A stretch of 64,000 nt of DNA from Octopus vulgaris (Eukaryota), in contig OX597831.1 in the NCBI GenBank assembly GCA_951406725.2, positions 35,774,001 to 35,838,000 on the forward strand, written 5' to 3'. The position numbers and the translations under genes are program-made. The notes beneath the pieces are model-generated. The model was not told the DNA's origin. It did not search any database and worked only from the letters and a program-made list of their open reading frames with translations. Below, piece by piece: positions 55,269-64,000 of the stretch (positions within the stretch are counted from its first letter, which is position 1; each line of letters opens with the position of its first letter).

Positions 55269-55635
55269 TATATATAGTGTGCGTGTGTCTGTGTGTCTGT
55301 GTGTCTGTGTGTCTGTGTGTGTGTATGCATGTATGTATGTATATATATACAGGCCATCTAAAGATGTAAATTTTCTGAACATATGCTTTTTTATTTTGTT
55401 TAATTTATATTTTCCTGATCGACTTTAGAAAGAGCAAAACATCCTGAATAGATATGCAACATGCACACACATATATGTATATACAACCACACACAAATAT
55501 ATACATACATACATACACTTGTATATATACATGCTTACAGACATATATATATATGTATATGTATACACAAACACATTTATATATATACATATATATATAC
55601 AAACAAATATTTATATATGCAGAGAAAGAGAGAGA

Positions 55636-55678
<43 letters not shown>

Positions 55679-55966
55679 TAACACATACACACATACATGC
55701 ATACACATGTACATATACATATATGATATAAAGACACCATATGTTTCATAAATGGAAGTAGATGCATAGATGCACATTGAGACTATATAGGTGCCAAGCA
55801 TATGTATCCCTGCACAACAAACACATAAATGCATACACATACATGGTTTCACAAACACTAGATGACTGCCCTAACATACATACCGCAACACACAAGAAAA
55901 ATGGATACATAAATAGTGATACATAGAGATGCCATTAAATTTTATAGCTGTTAAATATACATATGT

Positions 55967-56260
55967 GGAGGTGCAATGGCCCAGTGGTTAGGGCAGCAGA
56001 TTCGCGGTCGTAGGATCGTGGTTTCGATACCCAGACTGGGCATTGTGTGCGTTTATTGAGTGAAAACACCTAAATCTCCAGGAGGCTCCAGCAGGGGGGT
56101 GGTGGCGACCCCTGTTGTACTCTTTTGCCTCAACTTTTTCTCACTCTCTCTTCCTGTTTCTTGAGTAATGCTGCGATGGACTGGCATCCTGTCCAGCTGG
56201 GGGGAACACATACACCACAGAAACCGGGCCCATGAGCCTGGCTTCGCTTGAAAAGAGCAA
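55967..56260 (+). mobile_element. SINE family B, tail type 2
   Basis: Head and tail as at 44434. Confidence 0.88.
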
Positions 56261-56404
56261 AGGGCGAAAAAAAAAAGAAACAAAATATACATATAGCTGC
56301 ACATCAAAATGTTTAAATATATATAGATAGATAAATAATTGCATTTTATTACTGCACAAACATATGTGTATCGATTTACAAAATGACACATAAATGCATA
56401 TAAA

Positions 56405-56740
56405 TATTTGGTTGGCAACTAAGTTCCTGTCCTTTTTTTAAATTTATATTTTTTAAAGGTTTAATAAAAAATAACAACTAATTAATTAATAATGTATTCA
56501 CCCTTGTTGTTTACAACTTCTTCCCAACATTCAACAAGATATTCAATACCTTGTTAGAAATCACCCGATTTTGACTCGAAAAATTGATCCAACCAAGCTC
56601 TCAATTCTGCATCAGTATTGAACAAAACTCCGCTCATAGCATTTGAAAGAGATCAAAAGAGGTGGAAATCCATTGGTGCCAAATCAGGAGAGTACAGCGG
56701 GTGTGGCAGCACTTCCCTGCCATATGTTTGAATGGCTTTC
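56405..56740 (-). mobile_element. mariner 3' end (mellifera-like TIR)
   Basis: EVLPHPLYSPDLAPMDFHLF*SLSNAM..LRAWLDQFFESK..WEEVVNNKGEYIIN*; TIR tatttggttggcaactaagt. Confidence 0.9.
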
Positions 56741-57492
56741 TGGTTGGTGTTAGGAAGGGCATCAAGCTGTAGAAACTCTGCCAGATCAGACTGTCAAATT
56801 GTCCAACCTAAGCTAGCATGGAAAGCGGACGTTAAACGATGATGATGATGTATGTATGTGTATATGTTTGCGTGTCTGTGTTTGTCCCCCACACAAACCT
56901 CGCTCAACAACCGATGCTGGTGTGTTTGCATCCCCGTAATTTAGCGGTTTGGCCAAAAGAGACCAATAGAATCAGTACACATAAGGTGAGAGAAGGGATT
57001 ATTTAAGTTTATGAGATGGTTAGTGGTAGAAAGTGAAAGTTGGAGAAATAGAGAGAGAGGAGGTTGAGAGAGGGGAGGTTTAGGGTGAGAGGGAGAGAGA
57101 GAGAAGTGGGGAAAGAGCAGAATAAAGATAGGAACAGGTGAAAACAAATTTATTAAAGGAGGGAAAGTGGTTATGGTCTTGCAGTGCAATGAAACAAGAT
57201 AGAAAGGAATGAATGAATGAATGAATGAATGAATGAAAAAGAATAAAGAATGAAAAATAATACAAAACAAAACGAAAAGCATAATAAACAGTACAGAAAG
57301 AGACTCTGTGAATTCCAGTTTCTAGAAAATAATTTCAATATATACGTATGTGCATATGGTAGCCTTAATTCACAAATAAAGAAATTATGTAGCCACCAAT
57401 ACGGTGTTGAGCACTCATTTCATCATTCGACATTTACATATATATATATATATATACATACACACACACACACACTCATATATACATGCACA

Positions 57493-57540
<48 letters not shown>

Positions 57541-57727
57541 TCATTTATATACATATATATACATAATTACATACATATATATATACACATATACACACAC
57601 ATACACATATACATACACTTATATATATATACATGCAAACACATACTCACTCATTTACGCACACATATCTGTATGTATGTATTATATTTTATATTTATAT
57701 ACATGAAACTTAGTCGTCATCAGAAAG

Positions 57728-57867
<140 letters not shown>

Positions 57868-58769
57868 TATACATATATAAATAAACTAGTATAACTACTT
57901 CACATAAAAACAAGCTCCAAATGCAGAGATTCCATTTTCTTTTCTTTTTATTTAGTTCTCTGGAGAAACTCAATTACCATTTACCAAATTCTTTAAGAGT
58001 CTAAAAATCTCTTTTGAACACACACACATGCACACACAATACACACTCTTATATGTAAGCCTGTATATACATATTTTATCAATATAAAAAAAATATAACC
58101 ATTATTGGCCTTGTGATGGGAAAGCCAAATTTTATCTTCTTGCTGGAAATTACTCAGTAATGCCATTTCTTTTACTTTACCATGTTAGCATTCTTTATTG
58201 TTCATCTCAATTAATGGGAGAGAAGACAAGCTGTAGTAGCAGAAGTGTTAAGATGAGTTTCTTTCTCCTAATAGATTGGAAAAGAAAGAATTTCTCTTTT
58301 GGGAGAAAATATTACAATAAAATGCTTGAAAACTCAAGAACTTATAAATTGTCTCCTGTGAGAAGTACAGAAACTGCAAACAGACAGGGGAAATAAAGTA
58401 AGAACGTAAGTTAAAAATAACTTGCTGTAGAATAGTTAAAAATTGAACAAAGAAGAATGAAAGAAATAAAAAAAAACAGGAAAAAAAAACCCAAGCAAAA
58501 TTCATAATTTCTCTACTGTATTTTCTGGCATACAAGTCGAAATTTTCTGACCAAAATTTAAAGCCAAAATAGGTAGTTCAGCTTATACACCAAAATGACA
58601 AATTCTATACAAAATGCAGCAGGGTTTGGGAAAATGGTGACGATATTTGAATATTTTCACTGCATATTTACACTTTATGTTGTGTCAGTTTTAATGCCAG
58701 AAAAGTTAAGGTATACTGAAAGAAGTTTCAAACTTTAATAAAAAAAAAAAACACATACAAGGCGATCTT

Positions 58770-58927
58770 TTATCTCTTATGTTTTACATTCATTAAACTG
58801 TGGCCCTGTTGGGGTACTACCTTGCAGAGATTTTGTCAAACTAATCGACCTCAGTACTAATTTTATTTTTAAGCTTGGTTACTTATTTTGTTGGTGTCTT
58901 TGCCGAGCCACTAAGTTATGGGGATAT

Positions 58928-58961
<34 letters not shown>

Positions 58962-59160
58962 ACACTCACAAACACGCATGTGCACATACACACACAGACA
59001 AACATACAACAGGCATTTTTCCGCTTACATCTACCAAATTCACTCATAAGGCTTTCGTTGGTCAGAGGCTGTAGTGAAAGACACTTACCCATGGTGCCAT
59101 GCAGTGAAGCTGAACCCAGAACTATGTGGTTGGGAAGCAAGCTTCTTACCACATAACTAT
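58770..59160 (-). mobile_element. SINE family A, diverged
   Basis: Reverse head, microsatellite and tail. Confidence 0.78.
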
Positions 59161-59600
59161 GAATAACCCCATCAGTAAATCATGGAGTACATTGGTATAG
59201 GAATGATGTCAAATACTCAGAGTTTGTGTAGGAGAAAGACATCACCTTTCAGGTATTGATTGCATAAGAAGTATTGTATTATGTCATATTGCTGTTTAGC
59301 TCAACTCCAAGCCAAGCTTGATTGAGCAAACATATAGTAAAAAGTTTTAAAAGTCAAATTCAGATGAGATAACCAGGTCTTTTAAGGATACTTAATAAAC
59401 TTTCCATTGAGAATTATGAATACACACATGCATGCACAAACGTGTATATATATATATATACAATATATATATATAAAAACTGTCACAAGCATCTCCTTGA
59501 TGCCAGAAAATACAATAGAAAAATTATGAATTTTGCTTGTTTTTTTTCGTGTTTTTTAAAAATTTCTTTTGTTCCTCTGTTATATCTTTAATCTAGTTAT

Positions 59601-59690
59601 GTTACAATTCTCTGAGGATTTGACAATAAGTCTTGATTATGTAACTAATAATCACCTTACATTAATGAAATAAATGTAAGATAGTGTAAC
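59601..59690 (+). ncRNA. Type I hammerhead motif with long stem II and interrupted stem I
   Basis: GTTACA-at-TCT|CTGAGGA|hairpin with TAAG..TGATTAT/ATAATCA..CTTA|GAA|ATaaatGT|A|AGA-tag-TGTAAC. Confidence 0.55.
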
Positions 59691-60597
59691 TGAATATTTT
59701 GCAAGCAACCTCTCATGAGAGACAGAGAGACAGGGAAAAAGAAAGACAGGGAGGAAAAAAGAGAGAAAGAAAATTAATAGAGAGAGAGAGGGAGAAAGTA
59801 AGAGAGAAAGAATGAGAGTGAGAGATTCTGGTGAAACTGGCATTATGTTGTAAGGAGCAGCTCTCTGAATGGGAGTAGATGTAAGCTAATGAATTAATCA
59901 AATCACTCTCTTTCCTTTGTTATTCAGTGCACTTCACACTCAATATATATATTGCAAGCAGGGAGAGAACTCCTTACTATTCTAGCTTGGAGGCCACCAG
60001 ATCACATGATTTTCACCTCATTTTGGTAATCCACAGTGATGGATATTCATCTGCTAGAAATAGCAGTTGTTTGCTTCGGCTTGCAATATATAGAAAAACA
60101 GTGTCACACAGCCACTGGTTTTTTAACTAGCAAACCAGTTCATTAAGAAAATCTCTTTTAGAGATGAAAGCCGTAGCAAAACATTCTAACCACTAGACCA
60201 TGCATTTTCACATTTTCACATTTTCACATTTTCACACTTCACAGATTTGAAAAAATGAAAATGTCTAACAAGATTCAAAGACTGAGTATTCAAAAGGTGT
60301 TTTATTGTAAAATTTAACAAAGAATACCATAAGCTACTCCATTGATCTGCTGAACATTAAACAATGGTGCTGTTAATCATTCATCTTTGGGTAATTGAGT
60401 TTACTACCAATACTTTGCAAGATTCGTTTCATGTTTGCAAAAAAAAAAAAAAATTCTTGTTATTCAACTTTGGCCATGCTGGGGTGCTAGTAATTAAACA
60501 TTATCTGACAGAATACAGTATAGATTGCCGAGTATAATATACATACATACATACATAATACATACATATACATATACATATACATATATATATATAC

Positions 60598-60668
<71 letters not shown>

Positions 60669-60971
60669 GCTTGAAATGCAGAGTAGATAAAACAGTGGTG
60701 GACAACTGAGGATGGGATTGTTCTTTATGTTGCCTGTCTTGTTTTCCTATTTGTTTCCTTCGTTGTTTGCAAAAAAGTTCGTTTTCCATGTTTTTGTATA
60801 TCATGTTGTTTACGTATTTTAACGTCCTGTACCCATATATGCATGTTTTTATATATATTCATGTAAGTATGTACATGTATGTATGTATATATGCATATAT
60901 ATATATTATTTATATTATTATATGATTGAATGATATGCATCCATTTTCAAGTAAGTTTTATCTTACATTTA

Positions 60972-62135
60972 TATCAGGTTGTTTCACATGAAATTTCATA
61001 TTTGAAAAGTAACAATAAAATGTTTCCAAAGCGTAAGAAAACTGATTTATTTAATCAAAGTATGATCCACGTTAATTTATGACGTTTACTCAATGTTTCT
61101 CTTTGTCATTTTTCCATCTTTAAAAATTCATTTTTTGCTGTGATAAACTGTCCAAATGCTTCAATTACCTCTTCTCTATTTAAGGATGTTTTATTGCTCA
61201 TGAAAAGCTCAAAATGCTTAAATAAGTATTTAGGTGACTCTCTTCTAATCACTGTCCTGTTCTCCTGATGTTATCAAAGATAAGTAGGAGAGATATCAGG
61301 GGAATAGGGAGGATGTTGCAAAATCTCATAATTCAGGCTTTGCAACTTTTGGACCGTAGCTTGAGGAGTGTGAGGACATGCATTGTCATGGAACAAAATT
61401 GGGTCATCTCTATTCACTAGTCTGGGTTGCTTCTTTTCAAAATTCTCATGCATACAATCAATTTCCTGGCAATACGATGCTACTCTTACCGTTGTTCCTT
61501 GTTGCAAAAATGTATAATGAATAACCCCCTTCGCAGACCACCATACAGTGACCACTAACCTTTTAGGGTGCAATCATGAGGTTGGGTAGTATTTAGTTGT
61601 CTCTCCTGCATCTAATCACTGTCCTGTTCTCCTGATGTTGTCAAAGAGTATCCATTTCTCATCACAAGTAATGATTTGATACAAAAATGGTCTTTTTTCC
61701 AGTTGAGAAAGCAATAAGGAGCACACTTCGAGGCATCTGTTAATTGATGTGGAACAAACCTATCCATTTTCTTGACTTTTCCAGTTTTTTACAGGTGTCC
61801 AAAAACAGTTGTGGGAGATGTTCGGAGTTCTGTTGGAAGTTTCTGAACCTTTGTTCTCAGATTTTGTTCAACCAAAGCGTTTAATCCATCATGCCGAATA
61901 ACTGATTTTGGTCTACCCCTTGGTTTATTTTCAAGGCTATCCCTGAGTGAGAGCTTTGGAACTATCTCTAAACAGTTGATGTAATCAAAACCATTACCAA
62001 AGGCCCACTTGATATTCCATAGAGCTTCTGGAGCAGAGTAATCCAGTTTGTACTCATATGAGAGAATCACTCAACATAGTTTGGTTGTTATCATTTTCAT
62101 AAGGATTGTGGGTACGAATTTTGTATGCCAATATT
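60972..62135 (-). mobile_element. Near full-length decayed mariner
   Basis: ILSYEYKL..SLENKPRGRP, IITCDEKWIL, LVVTVWWSAKGVIHY, ILFHDNACPH, ILQHPPYSPDISPT, GSYFD*; TIR tatcaggttgtttc at 60972. Confidence 0.92.
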
Positions 62136-62222
62136 GTTAGGAAAGAAAAAGAGTCAAGATTAAATGCAAGGTATACATAATTGAGTTTTTAAATGACTGA
62201 AATAACAAGTAATTAAAAATTT

Positions 62223-62296
<74 letters not shown>

Positions 62297-62332
62297 TACA
62301 TACATACATACATACACACATACATACATACA

Positions 62333-62368
<36 letters not shown>

Positions 62369-62468
62369 TTTATATATATCATCAGTGGATCAAATAGCTG
62401 CAAAAGAAGCACACTCTAAAGGCTAGAGCATTCATGTATTTACCTGCAGTTAAATATATGTTAGGTCA

Positions 62469-62532
62469 TAGAGTGACCAATGGTTTCATATCCAATAGGC
62501 ACTTAGCTCTGTAGATGACTCGTCAGACTCCA
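62469..62532 (-). ncRNA. Type I hammerhead motif, canonical core, GUC site
   Basis: Minus: TGGAGT|CTGACGA|GTcATCTA..TGGATAT|GAA|ACCAtTGGT|C|ACTCTA. Confidence 0.72.
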
Positions 62533-62699
62533 GTGGATGTAGATATATAACTTCTCATCGAAGTAGAGGTAGAAAACCGCGATGGTCAGTTACTTTGTAG
62601 ACAAAAGAATAATATACACTGTCTGAGCCTTAAAAAGGACAAGTGACCACCCTTAGACCGATGGGATTGCTAAAAGGTAAAATAGGAAATCTCTGCCCT

Positions 62700-63450
62700 T
62701 ATGCTAGTTCCAGTATGTAAGTACTTTATACAGTTCTAATCAATGAATGGGGTATCTCATGCCTACAACAAGTAGTGTTTCACATGGGGGCATGAGCTAT
62801 AGATCTCATGTCTTGAGTTTAATGACAATGATGGAGGTGGGAGCAACAGCAATGTATTAAGTGACAGAAAAACTTGCACCAACAACTATAACCACAGTGG
62901 CTCATCCAACAACATCGTTGACAACAATGACAATGGCAATGGCAGCAGCGGCAGCGACATATTAAGTGGCAGAAACTCCAGCACTAACAGCAGCTACTGC
63001 AACATCAGCACAAGTGCTATGGATGGAGATGACAACCATACCAGTACACAATTCCAGGCCTGGAGTCAATGGAAGATACATCAGAGGTGAGAGCACAACC
63101 AACACTCAAGTTTGAAGATTCATCAGGTCAGCTGGAACTGCCTTTAAGCAGAGCCTGTACAACCATTATTCCTCTTTAAAGGTTCCAAAAGAAATATTAC
63201 AATATGTCTTTGGCCAGCCACATGTGAAACCTTAAGAATGAAGGAACTCCATATGAAATTAAATAGAAGATCATAGAGCAGCCAAGGTCCCATATTAACA
63301 GAAGTGGATGGTAAAAACTTTGCATAGCAGAGTGAGCAAAGATCCTTAAAGACTTGCTGGTTCTGATGTCTCTCTTAAACACAAGACACAAGATCTATAG
63401 CCTCTGCCCCCATTTCAAACACTTCTTGCTGCAGGCATGGAATTCCTCAT
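62700..63450 (+). mobile_element. PLE GIY-YIG remnant
   Basis: FIRSAGTAFKQSLYNHYSS, SLASHM*NLKNEGTPYEIK*KIIE..KLCIAE*AKI..LLNTRHKIYSLCPHFKHFLL. Confidence 0.82.
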
Positions 63451-63465
63451 TCTGTGATTAGAACC

Positions 63466-63502
<37 letters not shown>

Positions 63503-64000
63503 CATACATACATAAATATATGTGTGTATATATTTATATATATCAAATGGTAATCTTTATAATCTACTTAACATGGATTAATTATTAGAATAACAACTGT
63601 AGTATTCACCTTGAGTAATCCTCTCATTATAGACATTAAGTGCTAAGAGCATTAACATACATCAGTAAGAGATGAGAATGTCTGGTACAGGCACTGGAAC
63701 TGTCAGATCATGTGATTTCAATGTATTTCACCTTCTTAGAGCCAGGTGTCCACTCACTGCATATGAGCAAAATCTCACTGTCAAAGATTTATAGAATAAT
63801 AGTGACTTTTCAGTGACTGATGACACACTACACAACAGGCTTATTAAAATAAAATAATAAGTATTGGCAATAGAAGCAGAATTACTACTAAATGACAATC
63901 TTCATATCCAACTTAATGTGGATGCTTTGTTAGAATGTTGAATACTCTGTTATTTGCCTTGAGAGACAAATGGGTTGTGGCAAGTGGAGGTCTGCCAATG

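Noticed and set aside
58514-58595. Tc1/pogo-like terminal sequence tactgtattttctggcatacaagtcg
   Set aside because: Single degraded end with no partner TIR or coding remnant.

Overview
AT-rich, microsatellite-saturated eukaryotic DNA, most likely from an octopod cephalopod (Octopus-like). The taxon is inferred from the SINE families and the (TA)n/(CA)n/(AAT)n/(GAT)n load. I found no intact host protein-coding gene; almost all listed ORFs are microsatellite or SINE translations. The window is a transposon graveyard. It holds at least six decayed Penelope-like retroelement (PLE) coding fragments (RT and/or GIY-YIG), five or six mariner remnants, RTE and R4/Dong-type LINE fragments, and three non-autonomous Helitrons. 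It also holds dozens of SINE copies in three tRNA-head families, a repeated (GAT)n-tailed element, a ~1.1 kb foldback satellite, and the 3' half of an elongator tRNA-Met gene. The most interesting signal is a high density of type I hammerhead-ribozyme (HHR) motifs of several distinct sequence types. About six have intact or covarying catalytic cores (including U3-A8 and G3-C8 covariants) and about ten are degenerate. Most have a palindromic, dimer-type helix III, and many sit at PLE ends or in short non-coding elements in TA-rich microsatellite DNA. All folds were made by eye and no activity is demonstrated. Coordinates of decayed repeats are approximate.
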